Positions 8,625 to 18,096 are shown, counted from the stretch's first letter. The stretch is DNA of 64,000 bases from an uncultured Solirubrobacterales bacterium (GCA_963705365.1 OY970074.1:866064-930063), one strand, 5' to 3'. Translations and numbers: made by a program. Notes: generated by a model from the sequence alone, not told the origin.

Positions 8625-9245
8625 ATGGCAGAGGATGCCTCCGAGTTCCTGCCGCCGCGCCGCACGATCCCGGCGCTGCGCCGCGCCTCGCAGGCCTGCC
8701 GCGGCTGCGATCTCTGGCGCGACGCGACCCAGACGGTCTTCGGCGCCGGCCCGGCGAAGGCGAAGCTGATGCTGGTCGGAGAGCAGCCGGGCAACCGCGA
8801 GGACCGCGAGGGGGAGCCCTTCGTCGGCCCCGCCGGCGGCCTGCTGCGACGGGCCCTGGACGAGGCGGAGATCGACCCGGAAGAGACCTACATCACCAAC
8901 GCGGTCAAGCACTTCAAGTGGCGGGCCCAGGGCAAGCGGCGACTGCACCAGACTCCCCGGGCGGGCGAGGTCGAGGCCTGCAAGCCGTGGCTGGAGGCGG
9001 AGGTCGGCGCCGTCAAGCCGCAGGCGATCGTCGCCCTCGGCGCCACTGCCGGCCGCGCCCTCTTCGGGACGAAGATCAAGGTGACGAAAGACCGCGGTCG
9101 CCTGCTCGAGTGCTCGCTGGCGCCGGTTGCCGCCGTCACCATCCACCCCTCGGCGCTGCTGCGCCTTCGCGACGAAGACGAGCGCCACGAAGCCTTCGGC
9201 GCGCTCGTCGAGGACCTGCGCGCCGTTACCGAGGCGCTGCCTTGA
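8625..9245 (+). CDS. udgX: family-4-related uracil-DNA glycosylase, UdgX-like
   Basis: 206 aa. Motif A is GEQPGNREDREGEPFVGPAG, with Fe-S cysteines (CRGCDLW, ACKPW). The insertion loop GKRRLHQTP matches the KRRIH loop that defines UdgX. Confidence 0.7.
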   Translation: MAEDASEFLPPRRTIPALRRASQACRGCDLWRDATQTVFGAGPAKAKLMLVGEQPGNREDREGEPFVGPAGGLLRRALDEAEIDPEETYITNAVKHFKWRAQGKRRLHQTPRAGEVEACKPWLEAEVGAVKPQAIVALGATAGRALFGTKIKVTKDRGRLLECSLAPVAAVTIHPSALLRLRDEDERHEAFGALVEDLRAVTEALP

Positions 9246-9474
9246 GCCGGTCCCAGCCCTCGCCGCTCAGCGCCACGTAGGTCCGCCCGTCGGGCCCGCG
9301 CCGTTCCAGCAGCAGCCCGAGTCGGGTCGCCCGCTGCACCGTGCGGCGCAGGTCGCGCTCGCTGAGGCCGCGGAAGCGCGGGACCAGGTCGCTGCGCCGG
9401 CAGAAGCCGTCGTCGGCCAGCTCGACGATCGCCGCCAGGACCTCCTCCGGCGCTGCCAGCCGCTTCGCGGCCAT
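9226..9474 (-). CDS. small winged-helix DNA-binding protein (82 aa)
   Basis: This is the C-terminal part of spurious track ORF 9226..10449. ATG at 9474 gives MAAKRLAAPEEVLAAIVELADDGF...RTYVALSGEGWDRL. It overlaps the udgX 3' end by 20 nt (convergent). Confidence 0.5.
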   Translation of the reverse strand: MAAKRLAAPEEVLAAIVELADDGFCRRSDLVPRFRGLSERDLRRTVQRATRLGLLLERRGPDGRTYVALSGEGWDRLKAAPR

Positions 9475-9485
9475 CGCGGGCGGGC

Positions 9486-10289
9486 TCAGTCCTTCTCGCC
9501 CGAGCCGGGCTCGGCCATGCCGCGGTGCATCTCGGCCTTTTTCGAGTCCGGGACGAGCCTGCCGGCGACGGCCTGGACTTTGTTCTTGAAGGAGCCGCCG
9601 ACGACCTTCTCCCGCCCCGCCATCAGCGCCTCGAAGCCCTGGCGGGCTACCTCGGCCGGGTCGTCCTTCTCTTCGGAACCGACCTTGGTGTCCTCCATGC
9701 CGGCGCGCTCGAAGAACTCGGTCTCGGTCGGGCCCGGCATCAGCGAGGTGACGGTGATGCCGGTGTCCTTGAGCTCGTTGCGGATCGCCAGCGCGAACGA
9801 CTGCACGAACGACTTCGAGGCGTTGTAGACGGCCTGGAAGGAGCCCGGCATGGTCGAGGCGATCGAGGAGGTGAAGAGGATGCGGCCCCCGTCCCGGGCA
9901 ACCATGTCGGCCAGCACGAGCTTGCAGAGGTGCACGGTCGAGCGCACGTTGAGGTCGATCAGCTTCAGCTCGTCGGCCAGCTCGGTTTCGGTCGCGAAGG
10001 CGCCGCCGGCGCCGATCCCGGCATTGAGGGCAAGCGCGTCGACCGAGCGGCCGGTGTTGGCGATGTGGCGATAGAGCTCGATCACTCCGGCTTCCGTGGC
10101 GAGGTCGACGCGGTGGGCCTCGACCGACGGGGCGGACGCTTCCAGCGCCCCCTGAGTGTGGATCAGCTCGCCGTCCTCGGCGGCGATCAGGAGGTCGTAG
10201 CCGTTCTCCCCGAACATTTTTGCCAGCTCGAGTCCGATCCCACTCGATGCGCCGGTGATTACCGCGAACGGTCGCTGGGTCGTCTCCAT
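9486..10289 (-). CDS. SDR family oxidoreductase
   Basis: 267 aa with ITGASSGIG and catalytic YNASK. Confidence 0.9.
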   Translation of the reverse strand: METTQRPFAVITGASSGIGLELAKMFGENGYDLLIAAEDGELIHTQGALEASAPSVEAHRVDLATEAGVIELYRHIANTGRSVDALALNAGIGAGGAFATETELADELKLIDLNVRSTVHLCKLVLADMVARDGGRILFTSSIASTMPGSFQAVYNASKSFVQSFALAIRNELKDTGITVTSLMPGPTETEFFERAGMEDTKVGSEEKDDPAEVARQGFEALMAGREKVVGGSFKNKVQAVAGRLVPDSKKAEMHRGMAEPGSGEKD

Positions 10290-10470
10290 GTCTCCTCCTC
10301 GGGGTTACTTTTCTCTCGCTGTTCCCGCCGCTCCGGAGGCAAAACAGGGTCGTCAGGGCAGCTGGAGCACGACCGATGGGCGCACTTCGCAGCGCAGGTT
10401 TGTCCACCCTGGACAGGGGGTAGTCCGGGACCACCAAGGTGGGTTTCAATGGGCTCTAGGAGGGATACAG

Positions 10471-10698
10471 ATGTTCTCGTGCGAGAGATGTGGGAGCAGC
10501 TACAGCGCCAGTCACATCGGGATCGAGCACTGCCCGCGCTGCCAGCTGCGCGATCGCGTCCAGGCTCCCCTGTCATTCAAGGTCTTCAAGCTGCCGGACG
10601 TGCGGTCCGTCGCCGAGCCGCGGCAGCCGGCGGGGCAGCAAGCGGCACCGCAGCCGGCTTCGCCGGTCCCGGCATCGCAATTCGCCGACGCTCCCTGA
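10471..10698 (+). CDS. small zinc-ribbon protein (75 aa)
   Basis: ATG 10471 is preceded by aggaggga. MFSCERCGSSY...CPRCQLRD carries two CxxC pairs. Confidence 0.5.
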   Translation: MFSCERCGSSYSASHIGIEHCPRCQLRDRVQAPLSFKVFKLPDVRSVAEPRQPAGQQAAPQPASPVPASQFADAP

Positions 10699-10714
10699 CC
10701 GCGGCCGGCGCCCC

Positions 10715-11764
10715 ATGACCGGCGCCGGCGCGATCGAAACGAGAGCGCCAGTCGCGGCGCTGCCCACGGCCGGGCCGATCAGCCAACTCGTGGCCGAGAA
10801 GCTCTTCGGTTCTCCGCGCGGCCTCGAGGGTCTTGCCCGGTCGGCCGAGGCGAGCGCCGACCTGGTGGCCGCCGTCGAGGAGCCGCTTGCCGACGACGAT
10901 CTGCAGCTAGCGCTCTACCTCTGCTTCGAGCTGCATTACCGCTCCTTCCCCGGCGTCGATCCGGCCTGGGAGTGGGATCCCGAGCTGCTGGCGACGCGAG
11001 CTCTGCTCGAGCGAGCCTTCTTCGACGCTCTGGAAGCGGCCGTGGGTCGAGGAAAGCCGGTCGACTCGGACCGGGTCGGCGATCTGCTCTTCGAGCTCGA
11101 GGCCGGCGACGAAGGCCCGTCCCTCTCCCGCCGCCTCGAGCTCGAGGCGGACCTCGAGCAGTTCCGCGAGTTCGTCGTTCACCGCTCGCTCTACCAGCTC
11201 AAGGAGGCCGACCCGCACAGCTGGGCGATTCCGCGGCTTAGCGGGCCGGCGAAGACGGCCTTGCTCGAGGTCCAGGGCGACGAGTACGGCGGCGGGCGCC
11301 CGGAGCGCATGCACTCCGCCCTCTTCGCGAAGACGATGCGGGCGCTTGGCCTCGACGACCGCGAGAACGCCTATCTCGACCGCATCCCCGGTCCGACGCT
11401 GGCGACGATCAACCTGATGTCAGCCGTGGGCCTGCACCGCGGCCGCCGCGGCGCGATCGTCGGCCACCTGGCGATGTTCGAGATGACCTCGGCGCTGCCG
11501 AACCGCCGCTACGGAAACGCCCTGCGTCGCCTCGGCTTCGGCACCGAAGCCACCGACTTCTACGACGAGCACGTCGAGGCTGACGCGGTGCACGAGAACA
11601 TCGCCGCCTACGACCTCGCGGGTGGCCTGGCGCGCCAGGAGCCGGAGCTGGCCTGGGACATCGTCTTCGGCGCCCGCGCGCTGCTCTTGCTCGAGGACCG
11701 CTTCGCGCGCCACCTGCTGGGGGCGTGGGAGGAGGGGGAGACTTCGCTGCGGCGGCCACTGTGA
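10715..11764 (+). CDS. iron-containing redox enzyme family protein (heme-oxygenase-like di-iron fold)
   Basis: ATG 10715 lies inside track ORF 10490..11764. Conserved C-terminal helices include HLAMFEMTS and DEHVEADAVHENI. Confidence 0.65.
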   Translation: MTGAGAIETRAPVAALPTAGPISQLVAEKLFGSPRGLEGLARSAEASADLVAAVEEPLADDDLQLALYLCFELHYRSFPGVDPAWEWDPELLATRALLERAFFDALEAAVGRGKPVDSDRVGDLLFELEAGDEGPSLSRRLELEADLEQFREFVVHRSLYQLKEADPHSWAIPRLSGPAKTALLEVQGDEYGGGRPERMHSALFAKTMRALGLDDRENAYLDRIPGPTLATINLMSAVGLHRGRRGAIVGHLAMFEMTSALPNRRYGNALRRLGFGTEATDFYDEHVEADAVHENIAAYDLAGGLARQEPELAWDIVFGARALLLLEDRFARHLLGAWEEGETSLRRPL

Positions 11765-12804
11765 CGTCCTATGTGCTGCCGCTGCGCTGGACCGAACCAG
11801 GCCCGATCGCCGAGCTGGCCGTCTACCTGCGCTCTCTTGCCGGTGAGGTCGACGAGGTGCTCGTGGTCGATGGCTCGCCGCCGCCGCTGTTCGAGCGGCA
11901 CGCGGCGGCGCTTGCCGGCGTCGCCCGCCACCTGGCGCCCCACACCGATCTCGACTTCGCGATGGGCAAGGTCAACGGCGTCGTCACTGGCGTCCGCGAG
12001 TGCTCGCACGAGCGGATCGTGCTGGCCGACGACGACGTCCGCTACGACCCGGCGGCGCTGCAGCGCACGGTCGCGCTGCTCGCCTCGGCCGAGCTGGTCC
12101 GACCCCAGAACTACTTCGACGAGCTGCCTTGGCACGCTCGCTGGGACACCGCCCGCTCGCTGCTCAATCGCGTCTTCACCGGCGACCCGACCTTTCCGGT
12201 CGGCGACTTCCCGGGCACCCTCGCGGTAAGGCGCAGCGCCTTCGTGGCCAGTGGCGCCTACGACGGCGACGCGCTCTTCGAGAACCTCGAGCTGATGCGG
12301 ACGATCGTGACGGCAGGGGGGAGGGTCCTGACGCCGCTCGACCTCTACGTGGCGCGGCGCCCTCCCAGTACCGCTCATTTCTTCTCGCAGCGTGTCCGTC
12401 AGGCCTATGACGACTTCGCGATCCCGGCCCGGATCGGTGCCTTCCTCGCCGTCGTGCCGCTGAGCGCGGAGCTCGTTCGCCGCCGTCGCGCCCACGTCCT
12501 GGGTGCCGCCGCCCTGGCCGCGATCGGGGCTGCCGAGCTGGGACGCCACCGCGCCGGCGGCGCCGAGCGGTTTCCGCTGAGCGGCTCGCTGCTGGCGCCG
12601 GCCTGGATTGCCGAGCGCTCGCTCTGCGCCTGGCTGGCGCTTGGGGCGAAGCTGAGGGGCGGCGTCTGCTACGGGTCCGGACGCCTCAGCCACTCGGCGA
12701 CGCCGCTGCGCCAGCTGCGTCGCCGCTACTCGAAGTCGGCTGGAGCGACGCCGCCGTCCACGGAGGAGGGTCCGCTCTCGGTGCGGAAGCCGATCGCCTT
12801 GTGA
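11761..12804 (+). CDS. glycosyltransferase family 2
   Basis: GTG 11761 overlaps the stop of the upstream gene (GTGA). VVDGSPPP and ADDDVRYD are GT-A DxD-type motifs. Confidence 0.75.
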   Translation: MTSYVLPLRWTEPGPIAELAVYLRSLAGEVDEVLVVDGSPPPLFERHAAALAGVARHLAPHTDLDFAMGKVNGVVTGVRECSHERIVLADDDVRYDPAALQRTVALLASAELVRPQNYFDELPWHARWDTARSLLNRVFTGDPTFPVGDFPGTLAVRRSAFVASGAYDGDALFENLELMRTIVTAGGRVLTPLDLYVARRPPSTAHFFSQRVRQAYDDFAIPARIGAFLAVVPLSAELVRRRRAHVLGAAALAAIGAAELGRHRAGGAERFPLSGSLLAPAWIAERSLCAWLALGAKLRGGVCYGSGRLSHSATPLRQLRRRYSKSAGATPPSTEEGPLSVRKPIAL

Positions 12805-12983
12805 GTGCCGTCGCAGAAGGGCCGGATCTGCGAGCGGCCGCAGCGGCAGAGCGCCACCACCCGCCGTTTGACCTCGATCTCGTTCCCCTCCTGGTCGACC
12901 ATCGTGAAGGGACCGCGCACCAGGTAGGGGCCGTTGCGGTAGGGGGTGATCCTCGTCGCGGTCGGCTCCGCGGCCTCGCTCAT
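12726..12983 (-). CDS. CDGSH iron-sulfur domain protein
   Basis: 85 aa from ATG 12983. CRCGRSQIRPFCDGTH is the CDGSH signature. The start overlaps the stop of the upstream ligase gene. Confidence 0.85.
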   Translation of the reverse strand: MSEAAEPTATRITPYRNGPYLVRGPFTMVDQEGNEIEVKRRVVALCRCGRSQIRPFCDGTHKAIGFRTESGPSSVDGGVAPADFE

Positions 12984-14107
12984 CGCGTGCGCTCCGCCAG
13001 ATAATCGAGCAGCCCATCCAATCCCGCTTCGCTGTGGATGCGGCGCTGGTCCTCGGCGCCGTTGCCCTCGCGCAGGATCCGCTCGATCTCCTCCAATGCC
13101 GCCTCGCCCCCGAGCTCGCGGGCGAAAGGCCGCACCGCGCTGAGCACACGCTGGCCAACCTCGCGGGCCGGCTCCGGGGTCTCCGCGTCGAAGAGGATCT
13201 CGGCGTCGAGGCCATGGCTGGCCGCCTGGAAGTAAGACTCCTCCAGCGCCTCGCGATAGAGGCCGGGCGCGGTTGGCCGCTCCAGCTCCTTTGCCGCGAT
13301 CGCCTGGATCAGGGCTGCGATCGCGCTCGATCCGGCCGCGTCCGTCTGCACGTCGACGGCCCGCACCTCGACCGTGCCGAGCCGTGGATGGGGGCGGACG
13401 TCCCACCAGATATAGGTGTAGTCCTCGACCCCCGCGGCGGCTATCAGCTGGTCGGCGACGCGGCAGAAGTCCTCGTAGTCGCGGAACAGACGCGGCACCA
13501 GGAAACGCGGATAGCTGCGCACCACCTGGGTGCGGGCGCTGGCGTGGCCAGAGTCGACCCCTTCGCGGAATGGCGAGTTGGCGCTCAGGGCCTGCAGTAT
13601 CGGCAGGTAGAGGCGGAAGGCGTTGGCCAGGCGCACGGCCGTCTCAGGGTCCGGCATGCCGACGTGCACGTGCAGCCCGCATGGCGGGGTTCTCAGGAGG
13701 TCGCCGAGGTCCTTGCGGACGATCTCATAGCGCGGCTTGGCGACGAGGTTCGCCTGGCCGGACTTTTCCGCCGGGTGCAGGCCGGAGCCAAGCAGCCCGA
13801 AGCCGGCTTCGCGGATCGCCCGCCGTCCCTCCCGCAGCTGGGCCAGCGCATCGTCGGCACCGAGGCAGACGCCCGTCTTCAGCTCGATCTGGTCGGCGAA
13901 GATCTCCGCGGAGATCCGCTCCGCGGCCGGCCCGGTGACGCTGTCGAGGACCGCTTCGCTGGCGGCGACCAGCTGCCGCCGCTCGTCGATCAGCAGCAGC
14001 TCCTCCTCGACCCCGAGCGAGAGCGGCGAGGCAGCGCCGAAGCGGTGGCTGTGAAGGTCGCGCTGCCCGGAAGGATCGCTGGATGAGGTTTGTTCCCTGG
14101 ACGTCAC
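12980..14107 (-). CDS. carboxylate-amine ligase, YbdK / glutamate-cysteine ligase family 2
   Basis: 375 aa. LGVEEELLLID, GLHVHVGMPD and ANSPF are typical of GCS2. Confidence 0.85.
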   Translation of the reverse strand: MTSREQTSSSDPSGQRDLHSHRFGAASPLSLGVEEELLLIDERRQLVAASEAVLDSVTGPAAERISAEIFADQIELKTGVCLGADDALAQLREGRRAIREAGFGLLGSGLHPAEKSGQANLVAKPRYEIVRKDLGDLLRTPPCGLHVHVGMPDPETAVRLANAFRLYLPILQALSANSPFREGVDSGHASARTQVVRSYPRFLVPRLFRDYEDFCRVADQLIAAAGVEDYTYIWWDVRPHPRLGTVEVRAVDVQTDAAGSSAIAALIQAIAAKELERPTAPGLYREALEESYFQAASHGLDAEILFDAETPEPAREVGQRVLSAVRPFARELGGEAALEEIERILREGNGAEDQRRIHSEAGLDGLLDYLAERTR

Positions 14108-14149
14108 GGGCCCTGCTTACCCCGCACGGCCCCCGGGTAGACATCGCTC

Positions 14150-15115
14150 ATGCCGGCCCAGACGCAGGAGCAACTGGTCAAGTACCTGACCGACGTGCAC
14201 TCGATCGAGGAGCAGGCGCTGGCTCAGATGCGACGGGCGCCAGATCTCGTCGAGGGCCCGCTGGCGGCCGACTTCCGCCGCCACCTCGAGGAGACCGAAT
14301 CGCAGGAGCGACGGGTCCGCGAGCGCCTCCAGGCCCACGGAGCCTCGCCGGCAACTGTCAAGGACGTGGCCGGCAAGGTGAGTGGGGCGGGGATGGTCCT
14401 GTTCGCCCGCTTCGCCCCCGACACCCCGGGCAAACTGACCGCCCACGCCTTCTCCTACGAGCACATGGAGGTCGCCGCCTACGAGCTGCTGGCGATCGTC
14501 GCTCGCCGAGCCGGCGACGAGGAGACGACCGCGATGGCGGCGGCGATCGCCGCCGAGGAGCGGGCGATGGCGGAGCGCCTGGCCGGCCATTTCGACCAGG
14601 CGGTCGAGGACTCCCTGCGGGCGCTCGACCCAGACGATCTCGGTGAGCAGCTGAATAAGTACCTGGCCGATGCGCATGCGCTCGAGGGTCAGTCACACAA
14701 GCTGTTGGAACGGGGGCGGAAGCTGGGTGAATCGACGACCCTGGCCACCATCTTCAACCGTCATCTCGAGGAGACGATCGAGCAGGAGCGTCGGCTCGAG
14801 CAGCGTCTGCAGGAGCGCGGCGGCTCGCCCTCGGCAATCAAGGACGCGGCTTTGCGCCTCGGCGCCCTCAACTGGGGCGCCTTCATGGCCGCCCAGCCGG
14901 ACACCCCACCGAAGCTCGCCGGCTTCGCCTTTGCCGTCGAGAACCTCGAGATCGCCTCCTATGAGCTGCTGCGCCGCGTCGCCGAGCGCGCCGGCGACGC
15001 GGCGACGGTCGCCGCGATCGAACGCACTCTCCCCGAGGAGCGCGCCGCCGCGACCGCGATCGCCGAGCAGTGGGAGACGGTTCTCGGTTTAGTTGAGCCT
15101 GCGCCTGGCAGTTAG
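14150..15115 (+). CDS. DUF892 (YciE/YciF-like) ferritin-like protein, tandem duplicated domain
   Basis: 321 aa. It has two similar halves, each with YL.D.H..E.Q......R and HLEET..QERR motifs. Confidence 0.75.
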   Translation: MPAQTQEQLVKYLTDVHSIEEQALAQMRRAPDLVEGPLAADFRRHLEETESQERRVRERLQAHGASPATVKDVAGKVSGAGMVLFARFAPDTPGKLTAHAFSYEHMEVAAYELLAIVARRAGDEETTAMAAAIAAEERAMAERLAGHFDQAVEDSLRALDPDDLGEQLNKYLADAHALEGQSHKLLERGRKLGESTTLATIFNRHLEETIEQERRLEQRLQERGGSPSAIKDAALRLGALNWGAFMAAQPDTPPKLAGFAFAVENLEIASYELLRRVAERAGDAATVAAIERTLPEERAAATAIAEQWETVLGLVEPAPGS

Positions 15116-15125
15116 GAGGTACTGG

Positions 15126-16043
15126 CTAGGCGACGCCGGCCGGCGCCCTAGCCGGATCACCGCCGTAGCCGAATTCGGCCAGCGCCTCCCACAACACGTC
15201 TTCCATCGCCGCCTGCTCCGCGGTGCTGAGGTTCTCGCGCCAGCCGCCGGGCCTGGCGCTGCGCACCGCTTGGCGCGGCCCGCGGTCGCTCGAGGGGACC
15301 TCCTCGAAGCTGTGGCGGCCGACCACCTCGCCCAGGCCCTCGCGGTCGAGGCCGAGCATCGCGCAGAGCTGTTCAAGGTAGAGGGCGGTGTCGGCGCGGA
15401 GGTCCTCATAGCGAATCAGGATCCGGCTCTCCGGCGGGCGGCTCTCGAATGCCTTGCGCACCGCGCGGCAGCGGAAGGCCCAGACTTCGGACAGCCAGCG
15501 GATCAGCGGGACGCGGCCCTCGGGCGCCACCGGGAAGGCACCGCCGGGGATCGCCCAGGAACCGTCGCTGTAGGCATCGAGCCAGGAGTCGACGACGTCG
15601 CGGCCGTCGCGCAGGAGGAAGATCACCTTCGAGGCGGGGAACAGCTCGGCCAGCAGCGGCGCGGCGTGAGACCCCGGCTCCTTGACCACGAAGAGCTTGG
15701 CCCTCTCGGGGTTGCCGGCGCTCTCTCCGGCCTGCGCCTCGAACCGCGCGCAGATCAGCTCCCGCAGCGGCTCCCACCAAGCGTCGCGATAGCGCTCGGC
15801 GAAGAAGTAGCCCGGCTCCTGGGCCTTGATGTCGAGCAGGGTGCTCAGCTGCGGTGGGTCCTCGCAGGCGGCCCAGGCGAGCGGGATCGGCCGCCAGACC
15901 CCGAGGTGGTGCCCGAGGTGCGGATCGTCGACGGGGACCACCCCCTGCAGGTCCGAGAGCATCTTCAGCAGCCAGGTGCTGCCGCTGCGTGATGAGCCGA
16001 AGATCCAAGCCAGTCGCTCCTCGCTCTCAGCAAGTCGCTTCAT
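15126..16043 (-). CDS. sulfotransferase family protein
   Basis: 305 aa. The PAPS 5'-phosphosulfate-binding loop is FGSSRSGSTWL; also RDGRDVVDS. Confidence 0.8.
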   Translation of the reverse strand: MKRLAESEERLAWIFGSSRSGSTWLLKMLSDLQGVVPVDDPHLGHHLGVWRPIPLAWAACEDPPQLSTLLDIKAQEPGYFFAERYRDAWWEPLRELICARFEAQAGESAGNPERAKLFVVKEPGSHAAPLLAELFPASKVIFLLRDGRDVVDSWLDAYSDGSWAIPGGAFPVAPEGRVPLIRWLSEVWAFRCRAVRKAFESRPPESRILIRYEDLRADTALYLEQLCAMLGLDREGLGEVVGRHSFEEVPSSDRGPRQAVRSARPGGWRENLSTAEQAAMEDVLWEALAEFGYGGDPARAPAGVA

Positions 16044-16105
16044 GGTGGGAAGGCAATACCCCGTCAGGGTTCCGCACCAAACCCATTGTGCGCCCGGTGC
16101 CGGCG

Positions 16106-17077
16106 CTAATCGCGCGGCAAGGAGGCGCGCGCGCCCGCGAGCCCGGCGAGAGCGCCGAACGCCGCCGCGGCAAAGGCCCGCCGCAGGGCCGGCCGCCGCT
16201 CGCGCCAGCCACCGTCGGTCGCATACGGAGCGGCGCCGGACAGGACGTTGCCCGGCATCGGTGGGGCGGGGACCGGTGCCATCGTGCCGCGCACGAACGC
16301 ACGGTGTGCGACCCGCCGGTAGAGGCTGGGGGCGGTCGCGTAGAGGATCTCCAGCGCCCGTCCGGACTGGCCGTAGTTGACCTCGCGCTTGGGATTTTCG
16401 GCGCAGGCCTCGATCCCGCTGGCCACTTCTTCGACGTCGAGGATGGGCGGGATCGGTCGAACGCGGTGGCCGGAGTAGTTGGCCGCGTGGGCAAAGATCG
16501 GCGTGTCAACTGCCTGCGGCACCATCGTCGCCACATGGATGCCCTCCTCGCCGGCAAGTTCGCCGCTGAGACACTCCGAAAAGGCCCGGACCGCGTTCTT
16601 GCTGACGACGTACGGCGTTACCTGAGGAGTGCTCACTCGACCCCAGACCGACGACATGTTGATCAGGACCCCGGAGCCCTGGACGCGGAAGCGCCGCAGC
16701 GCCGCCCGGGCCCCGTGGACCTGTCCCATCAGGTTCGTCTCGATGATCTGCCGGAAAACCTCCGAGGGGATCTCCTCGAACGCTCCGTAGGCGATCACGC
16801 CGGCATTGTTGACCCAGACGTCGAGCCGCCCGAAGCGATCGACCGCTTGCCCGGCGAAGCGCTCGACCGCGGCCTCGTCGGCGACGTCCAGTGCCATCAG
16901 GGTGACCTCGGCCCCCACCGCCTTGCACTCGGCGGCCACGGCGGCCAAGGGTTCGGCCGAGCGAGCGCATAGGGCCAGTGAGGCCCCCCGCCGTGCCAGC
17001 CGCAGCGCCGCCGCTCGCCCGATGCCACTCGAGGCGCCGGTTATCGCGACCACGGCCTCCTCCAAAGGACGCGGCAT
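16106..17077 (-). CDS. SDR family oxidoreductase
   Basis: 323 aa with ITGASSGIG and YVVSK. Confidence 0.88.
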   Translation of the reverse strand: MPRPLEEAVVAITGASSGIGRAAALRLARRGASLALCARSAEPLAAVAAECKAVGAEVTLMALDVADEAAVERFAGQAVDRFGRLDVWVNNAGVIAYGAFEEIPSEVFRQIIETNLMGQVHGARAALRRFRVQGSGVLINMSSVWGRVSTPQVTPYVVSKNAVRAFSECLSGELAGEEGIHVATMVPQAVDTPIFAHAANYSGHRVRPIPPILDVEEVASGIEACAENPKREVNYGQSGRALEILYATAPSLYRRVAHRAFVRGTMAPVPAPPMPGNVLSGAAPYATDGGWRERRPALRRAFAAAAFGALAGLAGARASLPRD

Positions 17078-17087
17078 CCGGTCCGCC

Positions 17088-17573
17088 TTAGCCGAGGCCC
17101 TTTTCCTCGGCGGCCTTGTAGGCGATCTGGAGGAAGTCGGAGATCGTCAGCGCCGCGAAGACGGAGGCGACGAAGCGAGTCAGCCGCGGCGCGAAAACCA
17201 ACCCGAACGCAAAGATGGCGACGACCCAAAGGCCGAGGCAGTAGGGGCAGATCAACAACTCGCCGACCGCCTTGCGAGCTCCCTGCCCCCGGGAGCTCTC
17301 CTCGTACTCCGCCGGCCCGCCCTTGCCTTCGAACTCGGTGAAGGGTGCTCGCAGGGGGCTGGTCACCTTGTCCTTGGCGAGCAGGCGGCTGAACTTGTGC
17401 GAGGCGGTCCCGATCAGGACGAGGTCGCCGGCGCCGACCTGCTCCGGCAGGCCGCGGCCGCTGCGCCGGGCGGCCACCAGGCCGCTCCCGAAGAGGGCGC
17501 TGAAGATCGCCATGAAGGCCGCGTAGGAGAGGAGCGGCGGGCGGCTGGAGCCGGCCGCGTAGTCGTCGAGCAT
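17088..17573 (-). CDS. DUF1360-like membrane protein
   Basis: ATG 17573 lies inside over-long track ORF 17088..18248. It has two TM segments, and ELLICPYCLGLW is typical of DUF1360. Confidence 0.65.
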   Translation of the reverse strand: MLDDYAAGSSRPPLLSYAAFMAIFSALFGSGLVAARRSGRGLPEQVGAGDLVLIGTASHKFSRLLAKDKVTSPLRAPFTEFEGKGGPAEYEESSRGQGARKAVGELLICPYCLGLWVVAIFAFGLVFAPRLTRFVASVFAALTISDFLQIAYKAAEEKGLG

Positions 17574-17612
17574 TGTTTGCTGGTACCCAGCGGCGGGCAC
17601 CTGCAACCTGAC

Positions 17613-18095
17613 GTGAACGACAGTCTCCTCACCATCTACCTCAACGACCATCTCGCCGGCTCGGTGGTCGGAGTCGAGCTGGCGAGGCGGAGTCGGGCCA
17701 GCAACGAGGGGACGGAGCTGGGAAGTGTGCTGGAGGAGCTCTGCGCCGAAATCGAAGCCGACCAGCGGACGCTGCGCGAGCTGATGGACCGGCTCGGGGT
17801 GGCTCCGAGCAGGGTTAAGCCGCACGCGGCCTGGGTTGGCGAGAAGATCGGCCGGCTCAAGCCGAACGGGCAGTTGCGCGGCTACTCGCCGCTGAGCCGG
17901 GTTCTCGAGCTGGAAAGCCTCTGCGTCGGGATCGTCGGCAAGCGCCAGCTCTGGAGCGCCATGGGGACGACCTTCGGCAGCGGCCTGCCCGGCTTCGACT
18001 TCGACGCGCTCCTCACCAGGGCCGACGCTCAGCAGCAGCGGCTGGAGGCCAGCCGTCTCGACGCCGTGGCCACCGCGTTCAAAGGGGGCGAGTGA
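17613..18095 (+). CDS. hypothetical protein
   Basis: GTG 17613 (VNDSLLTIYLNDHLAG) lies in the tail of track ORF 16806..18095. Coding-like composition; start uncertain. Confidence 0.45.
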   Translation: MNDSLLTIYLNDHLAGSVVGVELARRSRASNEGTELGSVLEELCAEIEADQRTLRELMDRLGVAPSRVKPHAAWVGEKIGRLKPNGQLRGYSPLSRVLELESLCVGIVGKRQLWSAMGTTFGSGLPGFDFDALLTRADAQQQRLEASRLDAVATAFKGGE

Positions 18096-18096
18096 G

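Noticed and set aside
7536-9188. 550-aa ORF on the - strand
   Set aside because: This is a shadow frame opposite the ligase and udgX genes, which carry clear catalytic motifs. Its composition is Arg/Ala/Leu/Gly-rich.
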